A stretch of 64,000 nucleotides of DNA from Chryseolinea sp. (GCA_031412655.1 JANODK010000232.1:2855-66854), one strand, 5' to 3'; numbered from the stretch's first letter, positions 49,206 to 59,645 are shown. The notes: a model not told the origin generated them from the letters alone. Made by a program: numbers and translations.

Positions 49206-49236
49206 CGATCCAGTGACGAGTTTGAGGTATGAATAA
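49206..49236 (+). repeat. Second copy of the FtsX-tail relic (..IDPVTSLRYE-stop)
   Basis: 27 of 31 nt identical to 42288..42318, including the stop codon. Read directly. Confidence 0.5.
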
Positions 49237-49270
49237 ATAAATCTCTTTAGAATTAAATCGTGTGATGGAT

Positions 49271-49987
49271 TTATTTTAAGTAAGCGTTCGGAATATTTTG
49301 TGATGAATAAACAATTCCATATTGATGTTGAAGTAACATCGTAACCACGTTTGAGATGGTTCTTTCATCCCGGTGCATTTGTGGAAGCAGTCCCATCATG
49401 GTATAACTTATTGGATTAACGGAAGGTATCAAAGTCTCCCAGGGATAATCCCTACCCCATAAAATACCTTTTACTGTTATTTCTAAACTTGCGGATTGAG
49501 CAAGTAGATAATTCAGCATTTCAATGGATTGATTTCCATTTTGACTAACGGTATGGAAGATGGGTGTTTGTCCTCCAAAACCATATGCATCAACTCCTGC
49601 TTTTGCATTTACATCTGCTCCGTTTGCAATCAGAACTTCTGCGCAGACAACATGGTTAAACTCAGCACAAATATGGAGAAGGGTCACATCATATAGAGGA
49701 GTGTATGCGCAGCGAAGAGAGTACCGGGTTGAAATAGCCGATGGATTATTCTGAAGATGAAGCTCAAGAGATTTGGCATCATTTAAGAGAACCGATAACA
49801 AGACCGTGTCGTCAAAACGTAAACCATTGTCAACAAAAGTTTGTACACAAGCTTTAAATCTTGGCGTGCGGGTGTATTCGCTGGTAAGCTCATAGATCAA
49901 AGGTTCATTTTTAAAATGATCATTCGGACTAATTCCTTGTGAAAAACATTTGCTGATCCCTTCAATAGAATGCAGTTCGATCTGCAT
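49271..49987 (-). CDS. Ankyrin-repeat protein
   Basis: TLLHICAEFNHVVCAEVLIANGADVNAKA and GQTPIFHTVSQNGNQSIEMLNYLL are ankyrin repeat signatures. Confidence 0.78.
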   Translation of the reverse strand: MQIELHSIEGISKCFSQGISPNDHFKNEPLIYELTSEYTRTPRFKACVQTFVDNGLRFDDTVLLSVLLNDAKSLELHLQNNPSAISTRYSLRCAYTPLYDVTLLHICAEFNHVVCAEVLIANGADVNAKAGVDAYGFGGQTPIFHTVSQNGNQSIEMLNYLLAQSASLEITVKGILWGRDYPWETLIPSVNPISYTMMGLLPQMHRDERTISNVVTMLLQHQYGIVYSSQNIPNAYLK

Positions 49988-50067
49988 AACAAGTTCGTTT
50001 TACTTGTCGATGGTTTAGTGGTTGAGTAAAAACGAAGAGGCATAATTAAAATAGTAAGTGGGTGTTT

Positions 50068-50817
50068 CTATTTTCCTCTCAAGCTATTCATCACCTTATT
50101 CGCAAAAACAAAATCATCAAGTTCTTTAACGCTGGAGTGGGTGATATCATTCTTTGTTCCTTCCCAAAGTTTCTGGCCTTTGTAGATGAACATAATTCGT
50201 TCACCAATACCCATCACGGAATTCATGTCGTGTGTAACCACAATTGTGGTAATATCAAAGTCTTCGGAAATATCCTGAATTAATTCATCTATTAATATAG
50301 ACGTCTGCGGATCGAGACCTGAGTTGGGTTCATCACAAAATAAATAGTTTGGATTATTTACAATGGCGCGCGCAATACCAACACGCTTCTTCATACCACC
50401 ACTTATCTCGGATGGCATTTTGTAATTGACATTTTCCAACCCAACGCGTTGCAGGCAAAAATTAACACGATCGAGTTTTTCATCCGGCTTCATGGTAGTG
50501 AGAACATCCAATGGAAACTTTACATTATCCAATACATTCTTAGAATCGAATAAAGCACCACCCTGAAAGAGCATGCCCATCTCTCTGCGGATTTCTGTTT
50601 TTAATTCATTGTCGCCAGCATAGAAATCACGTCCATCATAAAATACCTGACCAATATCGGGCTTAACTAATCCGACAATGCATTTCAACAATACGCTTTT
50701 ACCCGTACCGCTGGCACCAATAATAAGATTGGGTTTTCCTTTTTCGAATACACCGCTGATGTCATTCAGCACCAACTTGTCGCCAAATGATTTGGTTATG
50801 CTTTGTATCTTAATCAT
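50068..50817 (-). CDS. ABC transporter ATP-binding protein, MlaF-like
   Basis: Walker A GASGTGKS, signature ISGGMKKRV, Walker B YLFCDEP. Overlaps the upstream MlaE-like gene. Confidence 0.88.
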   Translation of the reverse strand: MIKIQSITKSFGDKLVLNDISGVFEKGKPNLIIGASGTGKSVLLKCIVGLVKPDIGQVFYDGRDFYAGDNELKTEIRREMGMLFQGGALFDSKNVLDNVKFPLDVLTTMKPDEKLDRVNFCLQRVGLENVNYKMPSEISGGMKKRVGIARAIVNNPNYLFCDEPNSGLDPQTSILIDELIQDISEDFDITTIVVTHDMNSVMGIGERIMFIYKGQKLWEGTKNDITHSSVKELDDFVFANKVMNSLRGK

Positions 50818-51565
50818 TGGTAAGTAAGATTTGTGCTAATGAATAATCAGCCAGTAAAATGGCAATCACACTAGTGGTGACGGCCTGCGTGCTGGCAATA
50901 CCCACTTCAAGGGAACCGCCTTGTGTATAATACCCTTTATAGGAAGAAATAGAAGAAACTAAAAAGGCAAAGACTGCTGCCTTTATTAAAGCGAATGTAA
51001 TGGTGAATTCATTGAACGAAGCCCGTATACCATAGATGTAATCTTCAGGCGTTATGAAGCCGACTAACGATCCAACAATATAGCCACCGCCAAGGGCACA
51101 TATTCCGGCTATGATAACCAATAGTGGATACATTAAAACCGAAGCCATGATTTTAGGAAGCACTAAGTATGATATAGAATTAATACCCATCACTTCGAGT
51201 GCATCGATTTGCTCGGTTATACGCATCGTTCCTAAACCGCTGGCCATGGAAGAACCAATTTTGCCAGCAAAGATCAGCGCCATAATGGTGGGAGCTAATT
51301 CAAGAATCACCATTTCGCGTACCACTTGTGATATAACATAATCGGGCACCAGCGGACTCACCATATTATACGCTGTTTGTACGGTAGTTACAGCACCCAT
51401 AAACGTAGCTACCAGGGCAACGAGAAATACAGAGCCAATACCGATGGCAATGCATTCTTCGAGTACGAGTTTATAATAGGTTTTGAACGTTTCCCGGTTT
51501 ACGAGCATTTGCCCGAGAAATATGAAGTACTTCCCAATCTCTTTAATCATAGATGCAATAAACAA
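50810..51565 (-). CDS. MlaE-family ABC transporter permease
   Basis: 251-aa polytopic protein with the TEQIDALEVMGI motif typical of MlaE/YrbE. Confidence 0.85.
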   Translation of the reverse strand: MFIASMIKEIGKYFIFLGQMLVNRETFKTYYKLVLEECIAIGIGSVFLVALVATFMGAVTTVQTAYNMVSPLVPDYVISQVVREMVILELAPTIMALIFAGKIGSSMASGLGTMRITEQIDALEVMGINSISYLVLPKIMASVLMYPLLVIIAGICALGGGYIVGSLVGFITPEDYIYGIRASFNEFTITFALIKAAVFAFLVSSISSYKGYYTQGGSLEVGIASTQAVTTSVIAILLADYSLAQILLTND

Positions 51566-51725
51566 ACAAAATAGTATTGATCTTCATGAAAATATCAAAT
51601 TGTAGTAAGGTGAATGGTGAAATTTGATGCGATTTATTGAAAACCATAATCTTGGTTTGACTAAGATATTAAAAAAACAAACTTGGTTTTAATTTCCGAT
51701 CTTTTGAAAAAATAGTGCACCTGAT

Positions 51726-52430
51726 ATGAACAAAGTAATAGTAGTAACCGGAGGAACAAAAGGCATTGGTCTGGCGGTGATTGAAAAATTTGCTTCTCAG
51801 GGTTTTGATATCTTGGCGTGTGCCCGAAACGCTGCCGAGTTGGATTCACTCTGCAAATCTATTGAGGGAAAATATTCAGTAAGGGTATTTACAAAGTCAA
51901 CGGATATGGGAGATAAAGTTCAGGTAAAAGCATTTGCTGATTTTATTCTCAGTCTCAATCGCCCGATTGATGTATTGGTGAACAATGCCGGCTTCTTTAT
52001 TCCCGGAGAAATTTCAACCGAGCCGGAAGGTACTTTGGAAAGTATGATCAATGCGAATCTCTATAGTGCATATAACCTCACGCGTGGATTAGTAGGAGAG
52101 ATGAAAAAAGAAAAGTCAGGACACATTTTTAATATTTGCTCCATTGCCAGTTTTACAGCATACGCAAACGGAGGTTCTTATGCGATTTCAAAGTTTGCCA
52201 TGCTTGGCTTTTCAAAATGTTTACGTGAAGAATTGAAGAAGTTCAACATTCGTGTAACGGCTGTTATGCCTGGCGCTACTAAAACCAGAAGTTGGGATGG
52301 AGTTGATCTGCCTGATGATCGCTTTATGCCAGCAGAAGATATTGCTGAAACTATTTTTTCAGCGTACGCTCTTTCAGGAAGAAGTGTGGTGGAAGAAATT
52401 GTTATTCGTCCACAGCTGGGTGATATTTAA
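51726..52430 (+). CDS. SDR family oxidoreductase
   Basis: TGGTKGIG, NNAG, YAISKFA catalytic motif. Confidence 0.85.
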   Translation: MNKVIVVTGGTKGIGLAVIEKFASQGFDILACARNAAELDSLCKSIEGKYSVRVFTKSTDMGDKVQVKAFADFILSLNRPIDVLVNNAGFFIPGEISTEPEGTLESMINANLYSAYNLTRGLVGEMKKEKSGHIFNICSIASFTAYANGGSYAISKFAMLGFSKCLREELKKFNIRVTAVMPGATKTRSWDGVDLPDDRFMPAEDIAETIFSAYALSGRSVVEEIVIRPQLGDI

Positions 52431-53892
52431 GAAGCCTGTTTTCCTGGAGCTCCAAAATTTTTGGAAGCATCATCAATCACTAGTACCCAATCCTTTCCAT
52501 CTTTCGGAGGTGTAAAAGAAGTTGTTCCATTTCCTTTTGCCGATTTTGACGCAATGGCTTTTCCAGTTCGAACATCATACCACCAGATGTTTTTTACTGA
52601 ACCTGAAATTTTATTGAGATCGATTTTGACAGATTTATTTTGAGGTAAATAAATCAGGGCATACGATCCATTCGCATCACGCGTAGTGTAAACAAGATCA
52701 ATATAAGTTGAGCCAACATCTGACTTAATTAAACTCTGATCTGCAATGCGGGATTCATAGGGTCGTGAAAGCATTAGGTTTTTCAAATACTGCATTTCAT
52801 TAGCACCTTCCGATCGCGCAGCTTTTTTCCAACCAATAATCGTATCGCCTACATTAATCGGAGGATGAAATTCAGTGTTTAGAAATTGCCAGATCTGATG
52901 ATGACCGTAGGTAACACCACACGCCCCAGCAAAAATGCCACGATAAATTCTTGCACGAACATCATATGCAGAAAAGTATCCGCGCTGCCTTGTCCACTTA
53001 CCATCCCAGGGATTGACAGGATGATCTTCATGGCAAGGTTCCATGTCGAGTGTAGGCTTCGTTGGCTTGAATGCTAAATCTTCTGTTACCCATCTCCACG
53101 GATCAGACTCGCGCGAGCCGTGTCCCGATTGAAAAGCATTCATATCCAACCAAGATTCATTGTGGACATAATTTGTAGTTCAAAATTCTCCACCCGATGG
53201 ATGATAGGTAATGAACGCTTCTTTGCCCAACACATCTTCAATACCTTTTGCCATGGCACGCCATAAAGCAACATCACTTTGCTCGATTTCACCACCCTCT
53301 TTCTTTTTCTTGTAAACTGCCGGACGATCACCGGCTAATATCCAGAGGATATTCCATTGCTTAGCCTATCGCTCTGCAAGAATTCGTCCATAGGCTTCTG
53401 CATTTTGCAGATTGAAAATAACCGGACCTTCTCCCCACATTATACGGTCACCTTATCTCCCCAGGTTGGCAGCAAACCAATGTACATACCTTTCTCAGCA
53501 GCTTTGTTGATGATGAAATCGACATGATCCCAATAATCATACTCATATTCATTCGCAGGATTATTTCCTGGTGTAATTAATAATTGAGTTGGATCTTCAT
53601 TGTTTAGCGGATAATCGCCATATCGATTGGGTTCGCGGATGCCGTTGAATTCGGCAAGAGCAACCGCTTGCAATACATTAAATCCCTGTTCACTTCTGAT
53701 GTTGATGAATTTTTCTGCTTCCTCGCGCGTCATGCGATGAAACAATTCCCAGTCGGTATCATCCAACCAAAAGAAGGGCTTACCATCCGTTGTCTGCAGA
53801 AAGCGGTTATTAGGACTTACCTGAATTTGAGCTCCTGCAAGATTTTTTAAAAAGAAAAAAAGGACCGCGATTATGAATATATTTCTTCTCAT
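52427..53892 (-). pseudogene. Disrupted GH140-like (DUF4038 + collagen-binding-like C-terminal domain) glycoside hydrolase
   Basis: Three ORF pieces read through as one protein ([26 protein letters not shown] / MWGEGPVIFN..ILWILAGDRP..ITYHPSGG / SWLDMNAFQSGHG..). It is interrupted by a frameshift near 53441..53455, an in-frame TAG at 53366..53368 and an in-frame TGA at 53180..53182. Confidence 0.8.
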
Positions 53893-54062
53893 CCTAATTT
53901 AAAATTTTGATGATTGAGCCGATTCGATTCGAATTGGGCAAATGGTTGTTGACTACCTAACTCCAAGTTGATATTTACAAGCCAACAAATCAAGCTTTTT
54001 TAAGCGATGGGACATGGAATCGGGCTTTTAGCTTGAGTTTCTAAAGTAATTTCGATCAACCA

Positions 54063-54093
54063 TTTGCTAAAAAGCTTTCTTCCTCTATTTTTG
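54063..54093 (+). promoter_or_regulatory. Canonical Bacteroidota promoter (TTTG-N19-TATTTTTG) upstream of tRNA-Thr
   Basis: -33 TTTG at 54063..54066 and -7 TAnnTTTG at 54086..54093, about 60 nt before the tRNA. Confidence 0.5.
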
Positions 54094-54153
54094 CACCTCG
54101 ATTTTACTCAGAGTGTACTAATCAATTGATTTGGTCTCCAGTAAAATAGAAAG

Positions 54154-54226
<73 letters not shown>

Positions 54227-54230
54227 CTTT

Positions 54231-54265
54231 AAACCCTGATTTCTGAAAAGAAATCAGGGTTTTTT
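54231..54265 (+). terminator. Rho-independent terminator after tRNA-Thr
   Basis: 13-bp stem AAACCCTGATTTC/GAAATCAGGGTTT with loop TGAAAA, followed by a T-run. Confidence 0.75.
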
Positions 54266-54603
54266 ATTTACTACTGTCAAACACCTTTTTTATCCCCGAA
54301 GCAGGACGTCTTAATGGTAAAATCGGTCCAGCACCATAGGATGGTAAGGATTGATGTTTATTCTTTCTCTGAATGCAAAAACAAATTCATGTCATTTCGG
54401 TTTCAAAAGAATGGCGAAGTTTTCAATTGTAAGCACAGATGAAATGGAAGAATCGAATCTGGAACGTCATCACCTACTTAAAAAAAATGGAACGCCCGAA
54501 AATCGTATAACCTTTTTACTTTCGGAAAACTCAAATTGCATAATGAGTCAGGTGCTACCTGCAAAAGGTAGTATGTCAAGTTTTAAAGTTTAGCTGTGCA
54601 ACA

Positions 54604-55077
54604 ATGAAACGGCCATGGAATCTTTCAAACCTTCCTGTATACAGCCTCGCTACCTATAATGGGCAGAGGGTAAACATGAATATATGCACCTATGTATCTG
54701 CAGTGAGTATGAAACCGAAACGATACATGTTAGCGGTGTATCATCACACGCAATCCTTACAAAACATACTTAATAGCCAAATAGCTGTGTTGCAGTTACT
54801 GGGCAAGCAACATCTGTCCTTAGTAAATGTACTTGGCAAAAAAAGCGGGCAGTATTACAATAAGGAGACCTACCTAAGAAAGAAAAAATCATTATCTGTT
54901 TGGAACGACAAAACTGTATTAACCAACTGCGCTGGATTAATGGAGTTGGAAAAAATATGGAGTAAGGATGCAGGTGACCACACGATGTTTTTGTTTGATG
55001 TAAAACGTTTCAGCACCAACCACGAAAACGTTTTGATGTTGGACGATTTGAGGGAGAAAAAGCTGGTACGTATTTAA
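54604..55077 (+). CDS. Flavin reductase-like (FMN-binding split-barrel) domain protein
   Basis: Pattern NMNICTYVSAVSMKPKRYMLAVY...GDHTMFLFDV resembles PF01613-type proteins. Moderate certainty. Confidence 0.6.
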   Translation: MKRPWNLSNLPVYSLATYNGQRVNMNICTYVSAVSMKPKRYMLAVYHHTQSLQNILNSQIAVLQLLGKQHLSLVNVLGKKSGQYYNKETYLRKKKSLSVWNDKTVLTNCAGLMELEKIWSKDAGDHTMFLFDVKRFSTNHENVLMLDDLREKKLVRI

Positions 55078-55099
55078 AAGTCTCAGACGCTTTTCCTGA

Positions 55100-55240
55100 A
55101 TGCATAAAAAACAAAACCTTCCTACCAAAATCTGCGCAGTCTGTGGCCGCCCCTTTACCTGGCGCAAAAAATGGGAGAAGGTATGGGAAGAAGTGAAATA
55201 TTGCAGCGATAAATGCCGCGTTAACAAATCAAAAAAATGA
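55100..55240 (+). CDS. DUF2256-type small zinc-ribbon protein (46 aa)
   Basis: [46 protein letters not shown], below the ORF-track cutoff. Its stop overlaps the photolyase-family start (ATGA). Confidence 0.7.
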   Translation: MHKKQNLPTKICAVCGRPFTWRKKWEKVWEEVKYCSDKCRVNKSKK

Positions 55241-56724
55241 GTGTAGTCTCAATCGTATTTCCTCATCAGCTTTTTGAGGAGCATCCTGCCTTGTTAAAAA
55301 ATCGCCCCGTTTATCTAGTGGAAGAGTTCCTCTTTTTCAGGCAATATAATTTTCATAAACAAAAGCTGGCCTTTCATCGGGCGAGCATGAAGGCCTACTA
55401 TCACTATTTACAAAGCAGGGGTTATGTTGTTAGCTACATCGAAGCGAAAGAAAAAATTGCAGATGTTCGGAATCTTTTGCCCCATCTAAAGAAGAAAGGT
55501 ATTTCAGAAATTCATTACTGCGATGTGACGGATAATTTTTTGGAGAAGAGAATTGTGCGAAACGCAAGTTTGTTAAAAATAGAAATTAAAAAATACGATT
55601 CGTCTCTCTTCATTTTAAATCAGAACCAGGTCGATGACTATTTTCTTAATAAGAAGCGCTTCTTTCATACAGACTTCTATACCAAACAACGCAAACACTT
55701 TAAAATCCTAGTCGATGAAAGGCTGCAACCTGTTGGAGGTAAATGGACGTTTGATGCAGAAAATCGATTAAAGTATCCGAAAGGAAAAAAACCGCCCGTT
55801 GTTAAATTTCCCAACATCAATGAATATTGGAAGGAAGCGATGAATTACGTAGGAAAGAATTTCTCATCCAACTATGGTGAGGTAAGTAATTCCTTTATTT
55901 ATCCAACAACATTTACAGAAAGTCGTGCATGGCTAAAGCAATTTTTGAAAAGCCGTTTTTTAGAATTTGGTGAATACGAAGATGCGCTCGTAAAAGATCA
56001 AAGCATTTTACATCATAGCGTGCTTACCCCGATGCTCAATGTTGGGTTGTTGACACCGCAAGAGATTTTAGATCAAGCAATTGTTATCGCCAGTGAAAAT
56101 GAAATTCCACTTAACTCAACCGAAGGATTTATCCGACAGATTTTAGGTTGGCGTGAATTCATCAGGGGTGTGTACGAAGCCAAAGGCACGCAAGAGCGAA
56201 CTACGAATTACTGGAAATTCAAACGAAAAATTCCTTCCTCGTTTTGGGATGGAACAACAGGCATTCTTCCGGTAGACAGCACAATTAGAAAAGTATTGGC
56301 CACAGGGTATTGTCATCACATTGAGCGGTTGATGGTGCTGGGTAATTTTATGTTACTCTGCGAGTTTGATCCTGACGAAGTCTATCGGTGGTTTATGGAA
56401 CTCTTCATAGATGCTTACGATTGGGTAATGGTGCCGAATGTTTACGGCATGAGTCAGTTTGCCGATGGTGGACTCATGGCTACCAAGCCATACATCAGCG
56501 GAAGTAACTATTTGATGAAAATGAGTGACTTTGAAAAAGGCGATTGGCAACCAATATGGGATGGTTTATTTTGGCGCTTCATGCACAAGCACCGCGATTT
56601 CTTTTTAACGAATCCCAGATTAGGTATGTTGATAAGGACGTTTGACAAAATGCCTATAGCGAAACAAGATCAGCATATTCAAATCGCAAATGCTTATTTG
56701 AAAAAGTTAGATAAATCAAAATAG
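55237..56724 (+). CDS. Cryptochrome/photolyase-family protein (COG3046, photolyase-related)
   Basis: N-terminus [33 protein letters not shown] and C-terminal motifs [11 protein letters not shown] and [19 protein letters not shown]. Confidence 0.88.
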   Translation: MSVVSIVFPHQLFEEHPALLKNRPVYLVEEFLFFRQYNFHKQKLAFHRASMKAYYHYLQSRGYVVSYIEAKEKIADVRNLLPHLKKKGISEIHYCDVTDNFLEKRIVRNASLLKIEIKKYDSSLFILNQNQVDDYFLNKKRFFHTDFYTKQRKHFKILVDERLQPVGGKWTFDAENRLKYPKGKKPPVVKFPNINEYWKEAMNYVGKNFSSNYGEVSNSFIYPTTFTESRAWLKQFLKSRFLEFGEYEDALVKDQSILHHSVLTPMLNVGLLTPQEILDQAIVIASENEIPLNSTEGFIRQILGWREFIRGVYEAKGTQERTTNYWKFKRKIPSSFWDGTTGILPVDSTIRKVLATGYCHHIERLMVLGNFMLLCEFDPDEVYRWFMELFIDAYDWVMVPNVYGMSQFADGGLMATKPYISGSNYLMKMSDFEKGDWQPIWDGLFWRFMHKHRDFFLTNPRLGMLIRTFDKMPIAKQDQHIQIANAYLKKLDKSK

Positions 56725-56855
56725 ACAATCGACCTCTCCAAATGCGAGCGATGTGAAGGTGAGTCGCTTTTATAAACAATGACTGAATTAATTCGGGACT
56801 TCAGAACAAAATCAACTTCATGCTGTTTTTAGTCTTTACGTAGTGTTAAATACTC

Positions 56856-57494
56856 ATGCAAATCATTTCATCTTCAACCATCCAAACGTGGGAACGATTT
56901 TATCGAGCGAATTTTATCAATAGCCTCACGGGTTTTAAATCGGTAAGTTTAATTGGCACGATCAACCAAAAGGGTCAAATCAATTTAGGTATTTTCAGCA
57001 GCGTGGTACATATTGGATCAGATCCTGCACTTGTGGGTTATATCAACAGACCGATAAAAGCAGCACCGCATACTCTTGCCAATATTCAGTCAACTGGAGT
57101 ATATACGATTAATCACATCCATCCCTCCATTTTAGAGCAAGCCCATCAGACGAGCGCCAAGTATCCGGATGAGGTTAGCGAGTTCGATGAAGTGGGATTA
57201 ACTCCTGAATTTCTTGAAAATACGTCAGCCCCATTTGTGAGAGAAAGTAAAGTAAAATATGCTTTGACTCTTGAAGAAATCATTCCGATCAAGCTTAATG
57301 AAACTTTTCTGGTGATTGGAAGAATACAGCAGGTAAAACTAGAAGAGAATATTGTATCACAAGATGGTTTTCTGGAACTAGACAAAACCTCGTCAATATG
57401 CAGTAACGGAATTGACGGATATTATTCTACGCGGTTGATCGACCGATATCAATATGCCAAGCCTGGTTTAAAGACCGAGAGGATAAAGAAATAA
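56856..57494 (+). CDS. Flavin reductase-like domain protein
   Basis: FKSVSLIGTINQKGQINLGIFSSVVHIGSDPALVGY pattern of the FMN-binding split barrel. Confidence 0.62.
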   Translation: MQIISSSTIQTWERFYRANFINSLTGFKSVSLIGTINQKGQINLGIFSSVVHIGSDPALVGYINRPIKAAPHTLANIQSTGVYTINHIHPSILEQAHQTSAKYPDEVSEFDEVGLTPEFLENTSAPFVRESKVKYALTLEEIIPIKLNETFLVIGRIQQVKLEENIVSQDGFLELDKTSSICSNGIDGYYSTRLIDRYQYAKPGLKTERIKK

Positions 57495-57539
57495 AAAGCA
57501 ATGTATTCATTTATAGTTGTCAATCTACCAAGCAAAGAA

Positions 57540-57821
57540 ATGAAAACACGAGTACTTTCTGATCAAGATATTGATCGCATTATTGAAATGGCGTGGGAAG
57601 ATCGAACACCGTTTGAAGCCATTGAATTGCAGTTCGGCTTATTGGAAAAAGAGGTAATATCCCTTATGCGAAAGCAAATGAAAGACAGCAGCTTTAAAAT
57701 GTGGCGCAAGCGGACCAATGGTCGCGCTACGAAGCATCAAGCGGTGAGTCTTTTAGAGAAAGGTAGGTTCAAGTCCACGCGTCAAAAAACTATTTCAGGA
57801 AATAAAGTCAGCAAACGATGA
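57540..57821 (+). CDS. TIGR03643/DUF2805 family protein
   Basis: Start MKTRVLSDQDIDRIIEMAWEDRTPFEAIELQFGL, a family commonly linked to photolyase clusters. Confidence 0.7.
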   Translation: MKTRVLSDQDIDRIIEMAWEDRTPFEAIELQFGLLEKEVISLMRKQMKDSSFKMWRKRTNGRATKHQAVSLLEKGRFKSTRQKTISGNKVSKR

Positions 57822-57931
57822 ATGATTGGTTTTCGTGCCGGTAAAACTATTGAGTTTCCTACCGAAAGAAAGTAAAGGTCATTCGACTTTAGTGTGAATA
57901 AAAAAAATAGTTTAGCATATAGCAGCAATTT

Positions 57932-58738
57932 TTACCTTGGTGACATCTCCACTTCTTTCCACGTGTGATCGGCAAGCAGGCGAACTGCAGCAATAAACTT
58001 ATAAGTGAAAGAACTTTTGCGTCCCCATTCATAAGGAGCAATCATGCTAATCAGATAAGTAGTGTCTTCCTTTTCATACAAATAATATGTTTGTCCTATA
58101 ATAGGCGCAAACCCCAACTTCGTACTGTAGATCATCATCGAAAGTTCTTTTCTTTTTTGAATCTCCTTTGCCTGAGTAGCTAAAAGTTCTATCTGCTGAC
58201 GAATTTGCTCCAGTTGCATGTGCGTCTGCTCCTCCATAGCCGATAGAGCCTGATGTCGGATTAGTCCTTCTTCATTTTGTCGTACAACTGCACTCGCAGT
58301 CGATGATGCGTAAGGAAGTACACTGAATTGTTTGTGATAGAGCTCTGTATTGATGAGTACGTTAGTTGGATCGGCCAAATGGGTTTGAGTAATCTTTAAA
58401 AGTCCTTTCGGTGTAATCTCATGTTGAATAGTTAGAACATCGGCATTCTCTTTTAAGAAAATGACTTCAAAGAGCAAGCTACTGGAAACGGTAAGTTTGA
58501 TGGTGTCTGCTAAAGCAAAGTCAGTGAGCGGGAGACTGGAACCATCGATTGGAACATTGTATTCAGAATGGAAGGCTTGATCTTCTAACGAAACCCAGTT
58601 CATGGTGATCTGGAGAAGTTGAGATTTCTCGTGACCAGAGAGTTTGTAATTTCCAGACTTCGGTCGATGACCTTTCTGGTAAGTTCCTTTCTCTGGAAAT
58701 AATTGCCATGCGAACAAAAAGTTATAAAAGTCTACCAT
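57932..58738 (-). CDS. Hypothetical protein
   Basis: 268-aa ORF with a central coiled coil (QLEQIRQQIELLATQAKEIQKRKE). No family assigned with confidence. Confidence 0.5.
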   Translation of the reverse strand: MVDFYNFLFAWQLFPEKGTYQKGHRPKSGNYKLSGHEKSQLLQITMNWVSLEDQAFHSEYNVPIDGSSLPLTDFALADTIKLTVSSSLLFEVIFLKENADVLTIQHEITPKGLLKITQTHLADPTNVLINTELYHKQFSVLPYASSTASAVVRQNEEGLIRHQALSAMEEQTHMQLEQIRQQIELLATQAKEIQKRKELSMMIYSTKLGFAPIIGQTYYLYEKEDTTYLISMIAPYEWGRKSSFTYKFIAAVRLLADHTWKEVEMSPR

Positions 58739-58937
58739 AGGATGCGAGGTACAAGAGATTCTTCGATATGCACTACTTTATGAAACAGTATTATAGTGAT
58801 CTTGTTGAGTATGGTGAATAGAAAAAACACTTTATTTATAGGAGAGGGCTGGATCGAATATTCAGGGATATTTAAAACAATGCTTTTGAAGGGTGGTACG
58901 TATCCACTAACAATTTTTATAGTTTAGAATACTTCCC

Positions 58938-58961
58938 TATTTTTGTGTATACTATACACAA
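58938..58961 (+). promoter_or_regulatory. -7 box TATTTTTG overlapping a perfect 9-1-9 palindrome TTGTGTATACTATACACAA (NrtR operator), abutting the nrtR start codon
   Basis: Read directly. The palindrome spans 58943..58961 and the ATG is at 58962. Confidence 0.6.
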
Positions 58962-59645
58962 ATGCAACAATCCATTAAAGTCTCTGTCGATGCCGTGGTG
59001 TTCGGATACGACACAGAAGAAGGCATTTCCGTTCTTCTCATCAAACGGAAGTATGAGCCTTTTCAAAAATTCTGGGCATTGCCGGGTGGACTAGTGCTGA
59101 ATGAAGAATCCCTGGAAGAAGCCGTTAGAAGGGAATTAAAAGAAGAGGCAGGTATTGACGTGAGCTATCTTGAACAGCTTTACAGTTTTGGGAAACCAGA
59201 ACGTGATCCGCGGAATCGTGTTATTTCCATTACCTACTATGGCCTGGTAAGACCAAAGGACTATCATATTTCAGCTCAAACTGATGCTGAAGATGTAGCA
59301 TGGTTTAATATCAATAAGTTGCCAAAGCTGGCGTTTGATCACAAACATATTGTGGATACCGCAATCAAACGCCTTCGTGGAAAAATGGCGTATGAGCCTG
59401 TCGGGTTCGAGTTGCTGGATAAAAAATTTCCTTTCTCCGATCTTGAGAAATTGTATCAAACGTTGCTGGATCATGCGCTGGACAGGCGAAACTTCAAAAA
59501 GAAGATCATGGCGTATGGCTTTTTAGAAGAACTGGAAGAAAGTGTTCAACGCGGGGCAGGGAGACCCGCCCGGTTATTTCAATTCAACAAAAAGAAGTAC
59601 TTCGAACTGAAGGAGAATGGGTACAACTTCGATCTTTTCCTCTGA
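58962..59645 (+). CDS. nrtR: Nudix-related transcriptional regulator of NAD metabolism
   Basis: Intact Nudix box GGLVLNEESLEEAVRRELKEEAGI plus a C-terminal wHTH (DRRNFKKKI..GRPARLFQF). Lies upstream of nadM-nadV-prs. Confidence 0.85.
   Translation: MQQSIKVSVDAVVFGYDTEEGISVLLIKRKYEPFQKFWALPGGLVLNEESLEEAVRRELKEEAGIDVSYLEQLYSFGKPERDPRNRVISITYYGLVRPKDYHISAQTDAEDVAWFNINKLPKLAFDHKHIVDTAIKRLRGKMAYEPVGFELLDKKFPFSDLEKLYQTLLDHALDRRNFKKKIMAYGFLEELEESVQRGAGRPARLFQFNKKKYFELKENGYNFDLFL

Noticed and set aside
49171-49236. The FtsX-tail relic is in frame with the hybrid kinase stop codon (possible read-through extension)
   Set aside because: The kinase already ends with a complete AraC-type HTH. The in-frame relationship has a one-in-three chance expectation, and nothing suggests recoding.
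53140-53331. 63-aa minus-strand ORF inside the GH140-like locus
   Set aside because: It is in the wrong frame relative to the recognisable hydrolase sequence, so it is an artefact of the pseudogene lesions.
54351-54593. 80-aa ORF downstream of tRNA-Thr
   Set aside because: No recognisable motif, promoter or coupling. It could be a fragment of a decayed gene, but there is not enough evidence to annotate it.
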